The notes under the pieces were generated by a model. The model saw only the letters and a list, made by a program, of their open reading frames with translations, ran no database searches and was not told the DNA's origin. Positions 52,167-64,000 of a stretch of DNA of 64,000 nt are shown piece by piece. The DNA is taken from contig NC_088308.1 in the NCBI RefSeq assembly GCF_910592395.1, forward strand, positions 682,001 through 746,000, in the 5' to 3' direction. Numbering within the stretch: position 1 is the stretch's first letter; each line of letters starts with the position of its first letter. Position numbers and translations under genes: made by a program. This DNA comes from Lineus longissimus (taxonomy: Eukaryota).

Positions 52167-52566
52167 ACTGAGGACAATGTCTCATCGTGGCCATACATAG
52201 GACATTGTCTCATCCTGGCCATACTGAAGACAATGTCTCATCCTGGCCATACTGAGGACATTGTCTCATCCTGGCCATACTGAGGACAATGTCTCATCCT
52301 GGCCATACTGAGGACATTGTCTCATCCTGGCCATACTGAGGACAATGTCTCATCCTGGCCATACTGAGGACATTGTCTCATCCTGGCCATACTGAGGACA
52401 ATGTCTCATCCTGGCCATACAGAGGACATTGTCTCTTCCTGGCCATACTCAGGACAATGTCTCATCCTGGCCATACTGAGGACGTTGTCTCATCCTGGCC
52501 ATACTGAGGATTGTCTCATCCTGGCCATACTGAGGACAATGTCTCATCCTGGCCATACTGAGGACA
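52167..52566. repeat. 28-bp minisatellite, about 14 copies, with a 56-bp dimer higher-order structure
   Basis: ACTGAGGACA(A/T)TGTCTCATCCTGGCCAT repeated, with the A and T variants alternating. Confidence 0.93.
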
Positions 52567-54021
52567 CTATCTAGCCAAGCCTTGGTTGCTAAAGTGGGTT
52601 ATGTCACAAACCACAGCTTCTTTCCCATCTTGAGGTACACCATGTGACTCTACACAGCCAAACTATACCCAGGCCATGTCCTCCAACAATTATAGGATAC
52701 CAATGAGCAAACAAGAAGTTTAAGAAAATATGATTTCTTTATTGACTTTTTTGTGAATTTGTATGTACTTGTGTTGTCTATGTATGCCATACTGTCTGTA
52801 CTCTTGTAGTACAATAAAATACTGTAATCAATAAAATAGTATTCGATATAATACCTCACAGCATAAAATACATCATGAAAATACAAAACATTAAAAAATA
52901 AATATCCAGAGAGTTTTTGTTGTTTTGTACTGCGGCAGGAGATTCTGGAAGAGGCACAATGGCAAAAACAACAGTTTCACCTATCAGTCATTGAGCACAT
53001 GCTTGGAATTTGTTTTGATGTGTGCTATGACATCTTGCATGAGTATGCCCCTTACTATGGAACAGTGCGGCAAACTGGTGGAGGTCTACTCAGAGACAAA
53101 ATTGACTGCTACAACACAACAGGCATATTGTTGTTATTTTGAAGTCAGCTGTCTGGATGATTGTCCACTAATTTTGGACGGACATGACTGTTAACACTGT
53201 CAAAATACCTACAAACCATGCAGACATACGCCTCAAGATGGCGCGTGAAAGAAATCAATGTGCAAAAGTGCAAGATTTCCCAGATTCATACTTGTGTGGC
53301 CTTCTTTGTGACACCCTGTCCAATTATATTTACAATGTTCTTGTATCAAAGCATCTATACATGTACATCACCCCAGAGAATCAGCACCATGAGTTTAAAA
53401 TATATCTTAACACATGATTATCACAAGTCTTGTTCCCTGGATCATGTTTGAAAAGAGTAACAAAAGCATTGCACTGATCAATTAAAAGAACATTCAAAAA
53501 TTAGATTCATGTTGAGGTTTTCAGAATTCTAAAAGTAAAAATGAGCCAATCACCGGATACTTAGTCATCTTTTATACAATGTTCAAACACACATGACTCC
53601 TAATTCTCCACAATGAATCATATCGTTTACTGGTCAGTCCTCTCCACACTTGCGAATTGTGTATCCAAAAAGAGTCTGATTGTCCAGTTAAATATACCTC
53701 AAAACCCACTCGACTTCACATTAACAACTCTAAAAGGCATTTTACTGCCCAGTTGAACAACGAGTGACTAGTATCTCAAAAAGTTTGATTGACTTGCGAT
53801 GTGGTCATCAGAAACAGACAGCTCCTGATGCCTTCAAAAATCCCTTGTAATACTTCATTTCCAAGCGTAGCACAGATTAAACTATGCTATGATTGGTATT
53901 GGGTGGTTGGCTTTCCTATTGAGCTCCAGAGATGAAGAAACTGACACATTCTGCCTCGAGTCCAAAGCCAAAAATCCAGTTTAGGTCCCTGATGAATCAA
54001 TTTAATAAAAACATCTTCAAT

Positions 54022-55626
54022 TCAATCGACATCCAAAACAGTGTCTGGCACAGGAGCTTGATTTGTCTGTCTACTCTCCACTGAAGTGTATCCCCCAGTG
54101 CTGCGCATGACATCCTCATAGGATGGCGGGGCGGTCTCTCCATTCAGTCTGAAATGAGTTGTTTTACTTAAATAACTGCACCAACACACTAAATCTGATA
54201 GAGCTTATTGAGGATGGAACGAGAAAGATCCAACAAGTACAAATATGGCAATATTGCATGTAACACATTTGAAAGACATGTGATGCAAGAACAACAACTG
54301 AACAACTAAATGAGGCATATACCTACCCTGCTGGTGGTGGAGCAGTGGGAGGAAAGGTCTGGCCGTCAGTTGACGGATATGGAGGCTGTTGAGATTGTGT
54401 TGAACCCTGGGGGTAAAGGTGCCCTGGGGGTGGACATGTGGGCCCTACCACAGGGGTAAACATGCCATATGATGGCAGTTGGTTGATCCCATTAGAGCTT
54501 CCATTGACACCAGCTGAATATGAGGAGGCACCATAGTTTGGATATGGGGATGCAGGCACTCCAGGATAGGCAGGGGGTGCCCAGTTGTTGGCAGTTGCCC
54601 CAGTGCTGTCCTCCCCATTCAGCATGATGGTCTCTTGTTCTTGTCCCCCAACTGAGACAACGGTGATAGCTTGAACAGAGCCAGCTGCCTGAAAAATGAC
54701 AGTATATTAAGTTATAGTGTTGTCAACAGTGGAACAGGGATTGAGACAACCATTCTGATGCTAACATAACATGATAAGACTTTCTTGAATAACACTATCA
54801 ACATGCACGTCTCTGAAAACTGTCTCTAGTAACCTATGTTTTCAGCAGTTTAAGGCCCCAATTATAGCTCTCATTTCTAAACTGATGGTGCTTACTTTGA
54901 TCAGCCAATGCAAGAGATAAATGTCTTAAGAATTCAGATGCTGTTCAGTCAACTGCCCATATTATAAAACATACTACATCACAATCTCCGACACAAGGAG
55001 GTCTGTCAAGGAGAAATCAATAGAGAGTGAAAGTGCATGGTTAAAAAAGCCTATCTACCTCATTTCCCTGTGGATTGCTGGCTGCATTGCTGCCCTGCGA
55101 CTGTACAAAGCAAGACTGACCTTTGCGGTGCTTGCACAGAACCAAGAAGGCAATGAAGCCTCCAATGAGGCCAATCACTCCAGGAATCAGAAGCGGAATG
55201 CTGGAAAAAGTAGGGTGAGAAGTAAAAGTTACAGACCAGTGTTTGGGCAAGGAGGAGTTGGAGGGGGGGGGGTTATTTTTACAGTTTGGCTGCAGAGCAA
55301 CCCCTTGAGTAAATTTTCTTATAAATCAGTGGCAGGGGACAACCATCAACTCTTTTCATTTGGCCTTGGCCTATTGAAACTTACTTTGCTGGAGCTCCGA
55401 GACCAATCATCAATCCACCGACTCCCATTGCAAAGAGAGACACCAAGGTAATGATGAACGCACACGGATCACACTTCACTGGTTGACCTCCAGAAACGAA
55501 AACCGATCCTCCATGATGACGACGATGACGCCTATGAACATGATGCCGGTGTACAACACGTCTGTGTGCACGCCGGCGCCGTCTCCCTCCCCGGCGTCGC
55601 TCACCTCTCCCTTTGCCTTTACCCAT
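54022..55626 (-). CDS. Uncharacterised two-TM protein with an Arg/His-rich N-terminus and a Pro-rich PPxY tail, about 290 aa; exons 55626-55385, 55200-55059, 54688-54327, 54148-54022
   Basis: 873-nt spliced ORF with consistent phases; hydrophobic segments AFIITLVSLFAMGVGGLMIGLG and IPLLIPGVIGLIGGFIAFLVLC; PPAY, LPSY and PPSY motifs. Confidence 0.8.
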
Positions 55627-55984
55627 GTCTATGAATGACTGTTCAGGAAACTGAAAAGTACATGGCATGTAAATTGTAATTGGATTCTGATCCACATGGC
55701 ACATGATCACCTTCAAAGGTAAAGGATTTGCCCTAGGTCCAATATCTGAATCGGGACCCGCCCAAGGCCTCACACCTATCCCAAAGTTTTCACCAAAGCA
55801 TCTCAGCCAAAGACCCCCTTCTCTCATCTGCTTATGAGGTAAATTGGCTTAGCCAAGACCCCACTCTACACTCTGACTGATCAAGGACAGGTAGGCCTAG
55901 GAGGGGGGAATTCCTACCTTGCATGTCTACTAACCTAACGCCTCAATTGAATTGCCTCGTCTTCGCACACTGGGCCAGGCTCCA

Positions 55985-56115
55985 AATCATCTTACCAGGT
56001 AGGTGGATTACCAAGGCCCCACTCTGGCCAAAAGGTAACATCTCCTGTCTGAGAGGTAAAGGGTCTTGCCCAAGGACATTCTGAAGGGTGATGGCAAACG
56101 GTAGTGAACCGACCC
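55985..56115 (-). mobile_element. SINE fragment (CORE-like)
   Basis: Minus strand TGTCCTTGGGCAAGACCCTTTACCTC, preceded by a degenerate B box (GTCGGTTCACTACC). Confidence 0.5.
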
Positions 56116-57319
56116 GCCGCCAGGCTTTCTTTTGGGAGCGTGAGATAGGAATGAAAATCAAAATGATCAACCAAATGATGCATTCTTAAAAGTAGTTTAA
56201 CACCTTTATGTACTACCTAGATATTTAAAGTAAGTATTATGGCTGCAGAAAGTGTAGAATTTGATGAATTATCAAGGGGAATTGGGCAAATTGTCATTGT
56301 TTACCTTTCTCGTTGTTTCCGTACTTCATTCATACTAATTCCAAGTGTGCCGGGAGCGAATTTATGGTCTCGTTAGGGAGTTTTTCCCAAATGTACGCGA
56401 TGATGACGTGCCCCATTAACAGGACGTAACATCTATTTTAAAATGCGTTTCCAAAGTGAATGCAAGAGGACAACCCATTTGTGTCGTATATCACTGGAAA
56501 CGCCCGATTCCCCTGATTCTGCAGGATGTTAAATCGGGCATTTTATTTCTTTAAATAAATCATAAGCGTCGCATTTGCTCCTAGCTCTGTTCACCATCCC
56601 AAATGGCAATATTGCCAATTGGGCCGGACAATCACGAAAAACCCCAAATATTATACATTTCTTCCTGAATAATTCTTACAGAGACCATTCTCCCATGAAA
56701 GACAGTTGCTTACGCTACGCTTGAGCCATTGACCATTCACACAAGTAGATTTATTCACACCGGCGCCACTGAAGTGCGGGTGTGGGACATCATGTATTTA
56801 AAAATCGTCTGCTAGGACATACAGTTGTGTGAGTTCACTAGAGCTTGCCCAAGGCGGGGGGGGGGGGGGGCACGAAAGGCCTTTTCGAAGAGGACGAATC
56901 AGAGCCATAACAAATCAAATGCACACAACTGCGGTCTTCGATCTTCGGATTGTATACACCCCTCGGTGATGCTTAGCAAGCATGATAGTTGACAAAGCGG
57001 GTAGGCCACATGCGGGCAAATTCGTATTTCTGTTCTCTTTCGTCAGTGGGCGTTGCGTTTCAAAATCTACCTGGAGAAGCTAGGTGCTTTCCATGTTTTA
57101 ACTCATGAAGTCCTTGCTCATCTCTCGTAAAGCCTGGCTGTACCTGGCAATTCAGCGGCAGGCTACTCCTGCAATCGCGCCAACAACACGTCGAGCATTC
57201 TTGGCATCCGCTGCAGAGGCACTCACCGAGATCTCTGGTATTCTCGTTCAACTACACCCAAGGATATGCTGTACCGAAGGGCCTAGTGGGAAGTAAGGCC
57301 CACGAAATACACCGTCATC

Positions 57320-57412
57320 ATGGGGGAGAAAATGAGGATAGAAATTTCTGGGGGTGGCCCTTGGGGCTTTCGCTTGCAGGGAGAGGGACAAGGACCCCTG
57401 AGAATTTCGAAG
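57320..57412 (+). CDS. First coding exon of an N-terminal PDZ protein (PDLIM/Zasp/LDB3- or SYNPO2/Shroom-like); the rest of the gene probably lies beyond the window
   Basis: MGEKMRIEISGGGPWGFRLQGEGQGPLRISK followed by phase-0 donor AAG|GTAAGA; PWGFRLQG is the signature of this PDZ group. Confidence 0.85.
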
Positions 57413-59726
57413 GTAAGACCACTCTTTCGATGCATGTTTAGAGGGGCCAGGTTTTCTTTCTGTCACATGCCGCCACCACCCGGAAATATTCCCCATATCT
57501 GTTATTGAATTACAAATAGGAATGCGGACAACAGTCTTCCTAACTATTGTTTTGAAAGTGTCTTCAATTGTTGTTTATTTGGACAGTTTGTGGTCTTCCC
57601 ATGTTAAAGCAAATGTTATGAAAATGTTCGGCAAAGAGCATGCTGGTTCAAACCAGGAGTGATCGAACCTTGTTGAAGTCTGCTCAGTCCATTTTTGCAT
57701 CCAAATAATAAAGTGCGGTTACGGGCACCGTAGCTACCAATTTTGGATAACAGTACGGTATCTGTAGAACCACCTCATACAATTTTTTTATGGTGACATT
57801 CAAAACTGCTACACGTCCATCTGGATTAACGCTTACTTGCATCGATACAATGTGCACATATAGGTTGACGTACATGAGTAAAGGTTTCTCGAACATTCCA
57901 ATCGAGCTCGCCTCCTCCTGAAGCAATAACTTGAACAGGTATAAAGATCTAGGAATAATGTAGCCAAGCACGATCGTATAGCAAGAGAAAAATATGCAAA
58001 AGTTGTTTATCGAATAGGAAAATCATGATCAAAGGTTTAGTCATAGCAAGAATTGATAGTTCTGCAGTAGAGTGTCCCACGCCTGATCAGGGGATCCAGG
58101 ATTCGTCCATGGCCGTCGTTGGATCATGGTTATACCCTCACCAGTCGTGAAACATTTTTTGTTGGTTGATGCCGACAGGCAAATTGCACCAGTCCATCTA
58201 AGTATCCAGGCGTCATATCTCAATACGAGACGAGGAGGGTTCTAGCGAGATCCAACATATCTGGTTATTGACAGAAAGAGTTTTCGTAATGCCTGAATTC
58301 TATTAGGCGCTTTGATCTCCGAGCTATTGACGGTCCCGATAGCACCATGCATGTACCATAATCAGTCAAAATACAATACGGCCAGACTCTTTTTTAAGGG
58401 GGAGATTTTCTTCTTTCTCTATACGAAGTTTTACCTCTGCATAGACATATTCAAGTTGACATACACCATGCTGATGTATTCCAGTACTTCTTCCACATGC
58501 TCATAAATATTATGTATCCAATTATATTAATAAGCTTATTGGTACACAAACTGTAAGACAAACCTATCGCGTTACCAAAGGCTGATAAACATAACATTGG
58601 TTTTCCTTATTATTTCATTTAATATGTTTGTATCAAATAAAATTGGGCTCTAATTGCATCTGCATATGGTGCGTGCTTTGTCCTGGCAAACATCGACTTC
58701 TCTTGCAAATATTTGAGAACGAAACGACCAGGAACCTTCAAGACCAAATGGAAGACCGACCACTCCTATTGTATATTACGCAAGAAAATGTTCCTGGCCA
58801 ATTGGCATTGTTCGATTTACATCATGTGATCTCAGGTAATCATATCGTATCGGATCAAAAAAGCAATGGCGGATCCAAAAAAGCGTATCGGATACTGGAA
58901 CGTTTTAATCCAATCAAAATCAATCTTGCAAAGTTGCAGGAATACTTACCGAACCAATGACTGTGAAGAGATCGAGAGGTAGGCCTACATCATCGAAAAA
59001 GCATATTGTTTCTCCTCAGATCAAAGCCAGCTAACTGTAACCTGAATATGAGAGGGATACCACCTGGAGAATAACACCTGCAAGTGCAGAGCGAACGCTG
59101 AACAAGCTGGAAGAAGAAGAGCTTTGTGAGAGTGATTGCTATCTATTTTAAAAAAAAATTATTAAGGTGGTTATTCTGACAGCTTTTATGATGAAATGGC
59201 TTACATAAGCCAATATCTTGCATTACTCTCACCTTCACCAAGCTGGTCATAATCCAACTCAGACCTCCTTTGAAGTATGCCGTAAGTGAATTCCCCGTTA
59301 TTAACAGTCTCGAAACAATTCCATCCAAAAACTCATGCGCGAAATTGAGTTGTAAAGTATTGTTCTTACGAGATTGTAACAGATAATGTCATGAACTTTA
59401 TTTGGTTCCATAACTCTTGCAATTGATTTGATTAGTATTACTTGCTTACTTAAGCCCTTAATATCAAGAATTAAATTATCAATATTCTTGTTAATACATG
59501 TATGTGTAGACGTAGTCTCTTGTGTTGGCCGCCATTCCCTTTCATCTTGCGTCTGTACCTGATTACCTACCTGGGGTAGAGACGACTGGTTGTTTGTCCC
59601 GATGTACTTGCCCTTGACCAACAAGAAACCGGCTCGATGATATTCACTCGCAAAACGTATCATGTCACTGGTCTGTGCTGGCACCTGTTGTATTAATGCA
59701 CCAGTAACACAGGTAGCCGATAGAAC

Positions 59727-59798
59727 GTCTCGTTGGCCTAGTGGTACGATTTTCACTCGGGCTGCGAGAGGCCCCGGGTTCGACTCCCGGGCAAGCCC
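59727..59798 (+). pseudogene. tRNA-Pro-derived pseudogene
   Basis: GTCTCGTTGGCCTAGTGGTACGATTTTCACTCGGGCTGCGAGAGGCCCCGGGTTCGACTCCCGGGCAAGCCC followed by TTTT; collinear with eukaryotic tRNA-Pro, but with acceptor- and anticodon-stem mismatches and C in place of U33. Confidence 0.75.
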
Positions 59799-62700
59799 TT
59801 TTGTTGATAAGTTGGCCAAACGTCTGTGCTGCCAACTGTTGTATCAATCTTGCACTGTTGGGGATCTGGGGAGGGAAGTTAATTGCTTGTTCCCAATTCT
59901 CCCTAGATGCAATCAATCTTTTAATGAAGGATGCTCTTTTCCACGTTTTTATTGCTACCGTATCGACACGATCTTGCAATTATTATCTGGATCATTTATC
60001 AGCGATTTACAAAAACTGTTTGAATTCATATCGAGTCAGCTGCGGTGAGGTCGCCTCTAAAGGCTGCACGAGGTCTATGGTCAGAGAGTACTAAACAATG
60101 CATGATGCAGCCGGCCGGGACTCAGACATAACCTTCATTTGGCAACTTTCAGTTGAATAATGGTGTCGGCACAACTAATTCTCATAACATAAGACATGAT
60201 GCCAAACTTGTCGACATGCTCTCTTTAAACGCCAGTACCATTTATAAGTGGTGTATTTGCATCAAGGCGAAGCATAAGTACCCTTCAACGCCTTCATCAA
60301 TGGCTGCCAAACCGAAAGCAAACTTGACATTGTACTGTAATTGATGATGGAAATTCTGAAGTCGGCTTTACGTTGCTGGGGTGCCGGTCAGAGTCCTTCA
60401 GTGTCCGTCCGTCGGAAGAACAATGTGGTTGAATTCGACGCACTAACAAAAAAAGAACATGTTTTCTCCAAGGTCGCCGGTAAATCAATCAAATTTAGAG
60501 ATGACGATCTTATCTGAAATCACTGTTGTGCCTAGCAAGTTCCTCTTAGCAGCCACGGAGTTTTTGTCCAAGGACATTCTGCACTAGGTCACCCGTAAAT
60601 AGACTGCAGCCATTCAGCACGAACACCACAACTAACGGTTCCTAATCTGTAAAGCACTTCAGAAATCACTTCATTTGTCGATTCTATGGAATTCATCTTG
60701 ATTATTCGAGAATAACAGAACAGATAAAAATAACCACTTTCCTTTCTGTATCGAAAATAGCCTCCCTGAGAAATTGTCGTTATCGTCTTTCCGGATGTTT
60801 ATAAATACCCTCAGGAAAGAAGAGCGACGGTATTATTTTATTCTTGGTTTAACTCCGAGATTGTTCGGACTTACGAAATGGGAAGGCGATGGGTATGTCA
60901 TTCTCACGAACAATGTATCCTGAGTGGTGTGATGATAGATGCATGTGACATGCCAGGGTTAAGAGAGGGGGAAAAGAGTAAGTCCCCCCCCCCCAGCATG
61001 AAACATTCTACGGCTATCCATAGAACAATTTACCATAATTCGTCAGAATACACGTGCGTAGAACCGGACACTTTTTCCAGTTGGACGTTTTCCACTTCTG
61101 CACGTGCACCGACTTCGACGCCAGTGACTCACTTCCTACAATCGGTCCAATCTGTATCACTTCCTACAAAGCTTTCTGAAGCCATGTCTGAACCGGGTTA
61201 ATCTGATACAAATTATCAGCCATAGAACCTTTTTTAGCTCACGATGTAAAACGTAGCAAAAGGCATGAACCCCATGTGTCCTGCTACAGCTGCTGGGCAA
61301 AGGCACTAAACATCTTCTAATCACACCGAAGAATTCATCACCATCTCACCAAAACGTCTAATGATGCAATTTGCGCCCCTAAATCTTTAACCTGACGCTT
61401 CTAGCATAACATGCCTTTCTAAACCAATCCTGAAATAATTATCCCATAAAAGCGGGTTTACAAACCAGAAAGAGATCGGACAAAATGACCAGTTAAGTTT
61501 TTCTCGCCCCCACTGAGTCTTTGCCTCTGCCCGACAGGGGTTAGGTCAGATTTGGAAGTTCTTTTTTGCGGTGTGATGCATGCTCGAAAGAGGCAGCGTC
61601 TCCCGCTGAAGCGAATCGTAATTCTTGATCGACTATTGTGCTTTATCGCCGATATCAAATTCAGACCAAGCCACTAAATTCCTCTTTGAGACAGTTCCGT
61701 ACTCCATTGAGCTTATTCCTTCTCATTTCGTGATAAACGAGCTCGATCAGAGTTCCATTCTAAGGTTTTTAAGCATGCTATTACGGTAATGCAAAGATGC
61801 TGTTATTACAATGAATGTAAGAAAAAGCAATGAAGCATGGATGAAAAATGAAATGGCCAGTCATAGCTGTTTTCGAACAAGCAAATCCTCTCCGTCATCA
61901 AAATAGAAACTGACGTTTTTCTACATATCATGAAGCCTAGGACAGAATGACCAACGCACATCCTATACAGTTTATGAGTCATGTATTGAATGGTTGACGA
62001 GGATTTGCCTCTGCTTGACACTGCAACTGTACTTATATCGATTCTGTGTCAGCAGTTTGAGGACTTTACTTCTCAGGTATGGGATCAGTGGCGATACTGA
62101 TGGCATGAATAATGACGGTGATGTGTGGAATATAGAGGCACAACTGATTAATCTACTCGCATCTGCGTGGATGTATCCGCGCCTCCTCGTCTCCCGGGCA
62201 TCGTAGGTGCCTTGGGCAGTCCGCCGGAGTAGCATCGGGAAGTCTGCGACAGCCTATATCAGTCAGCCATAAGGCAGCAGTGGCGCATAGGGCTGCAGTC
62301 CGCAACAGTATCCAACCACAGCCTGACGGGCGGCTCCCCTCCTTCAGCCAGTGTCATATTCACCGCCGATTTTCCTCTTGATGGTTGCTATTTTCGTGCG
62401 GTGAAAAGAGCCAGCGTTCACATTCGGAATGCCATTCTGATGGAGCTGCCATTGATGACAGTCGGACCGTGAGTTGGAGGAGTGCGGATCGGCTTGACAT
62501 TGGGATGTCAGTCGTGTCATATCATCGGAGTTCGACAATTTGACGTGCACAGCTGTTGAAACAAGAACCGTACAGCCTTGAGTGCTGCTGGTTATTTAGT
62601 TGCTGGACAATTTACTTTCAAGATTCACCCGAAGATTAGGAAGGCCATCTGGATGTTCCAGCTACTTTTACCATCTCCGCCAGCAAGGACCAGTTTCGTC

Positions 62701-63069
62701 GTTCATTTAGTTTTCGCATATAGGAGTCATTTGACGCCTCCTTAGTTTGTGAAGGAGAAGTTAACCTAACTCCCTTGAATGCATTGCTTCTGAAACGGAA
62801 GTAAGTACCAACGGAAGTACCAATGACCTTTCGTCAGCCACCATTCGCGAAATCGGTAAGGCCATATTACAGTGATTACAGCTTTGGCGCGGATAGTCTT
62901 CTGGAACGGGATTTATTGGTCACCTTGACTATCTATCACCGATAGGAATGATGTAACATGCTTCAAGTTTGCATCTAAAGATTGCCTCTGTGTAGATTTG
63001 TTCAAAAGTCTATTACTACTCGTAAAAGACAGGACTATTATCTTCGGATTGTGTACATTCTCATTAGAC

Positions 63070-63204
63070 ATGGATATAGCACGGCAACACAGGTTGTATC
63101 AGGATCGATATAACAAGATGGACGTGAGGCGAGCAGCGTTCATGGACGTGATGGGCGGTGATAAGGGCGTCCTTGTCTATCTCAAGAGAGCACCGCAAAC
63201 ACAG
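63070..63204 (+). CDS. Possible alternative first coding exon of the PDZ gene (45 codons)
   Basis: ATG-initiated 135-nt open frame MDIARQHRLYQDRY...KRAPQTQ ending in a strong phase-0 donor CAG|GTATGT; no recognisable domain. Confidence 0.3.
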
Positions 63205-64000
63205 GTATGTCTTGGTTTAAAACATCCTGCTTGAGACGAAAATCACGTGTCATGCAGCACTTCCAGAGGGGGGAACCTACCGAGAGGGTGTTACGATGTG
63301 TTGCACGTTTTCCGTCAGGATCCGGTTGCACTAATTAACGGTGATGCAGTCGTTGATTATTAATTTAGGTGTTTCGTTAATGAAATCGAACGTGTATATG
63401 GTAATAAAGGGAAGTCCTGTTTCAGCATACACATGTCATTGTTATGTGGACCATCGCTGTTTCTCTAGGTCAGCTATGGAACCAGATAGAGGCGGCATTA
63501 GTTTCCTGTTAGAGGTCTCTGTTCTGTTTAGTTAAAAGCACTTCACTGCCTGGTATTATGGTTTGCCATTGCGCTTATTTGTTATTGGTTACGGATGCAG
63601 CATCTGGCTGCGAGATGCGCTTTTCAATTATTTTCCATTTAATCCCAATCCTCAACCGACTAGATAACTGAATAGAGACATCTGTGCTATTGATGTGCTA
63701 CATGCAGACCGTACACGACATGCATGTCCACACAATGAATCATCAGAAGAATGCATGTGTAGTAAATCATTTTTTAATGGGTGTGGCGGTCTAGTAACGA
63801 ATCAATACACACGTAGGCTGAAGCACTGCATCTTATGTTTTCACAACAAAGTAATCAAATCTATCGTCGGGGTTAAATGAGCCAGTTGTTGACGTGAGTC
63901 GTCATGAGATTTGAATCATCACCACACATCGTCTTCTTCTTTTTACTTGATTCGTAACTCCACAATGAAGCTTCGTAACTCTGTAAAGAATGTTCCACTA

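Noticed and set aside
52167..52566. CRISPR-like 28-bp repeats
   Set aside because: Head-to-tail units without spacers; an ordinary minisatellite.
61972..62550. GC-richer stretch with short ORFs on both strands
   Set aside because: No recognisable domain or continuous frame; may be a decayed repeat.

Overview
Eukaryotic (metazoan) genomic DNA with GT-AG introns. The repeat types and gene content suggest a marine invertebrate, but the taxon cannot be fixed from sequence alone. Seven complete protein-coding genes are supported: an 8-exon SLC22-family transporter (-); an intronless-CDS MS4A/CD20-like tetraspan (-) head-to-head with PSMD10/gankyrin (+); a large ZGRF1 helicase gene (-); a two-exon CNPase-type 2H phosphodiesterase (+); a RING-Bbox-Bbox-coiled-coil TRIM-like gene (-); and an orphan Arg/His-rich two-TM PPxY protein (-). 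The first exon of a PDZ (PDLIM/Zasp/SYNPO2-like) gene (+) is also present. Mobile DNA includes a non-autonomous MULE, a Helentron-type HINE, an IS3EU-like element, two Tc1/mariner MITEs, SINEs and a tRNA-Pro pseudogene. Three observations stand out. (1) The CNPase catalytic domain has both HxT motifs intact but carries a signal peptide, N-glycosylation sequons and a C-terminal GPI/TM signal, so it is a predicted cell-surface ecto-2',3'-cyclic-nucleotide phosphodiesterase. (2) A 71-bp minisatellite in the SLC22 gene multiplies a complete splice acceptor plus exon start about 19 times, most copies ending in AG|GT, which creates a decoy-acceptor or possible recursive-splicing array. (3) ZGRF1 contains an out-of-order paralogous copy of its 60-nt DUF2439 exon. 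All homology calls come from motif recognition, not database searches.
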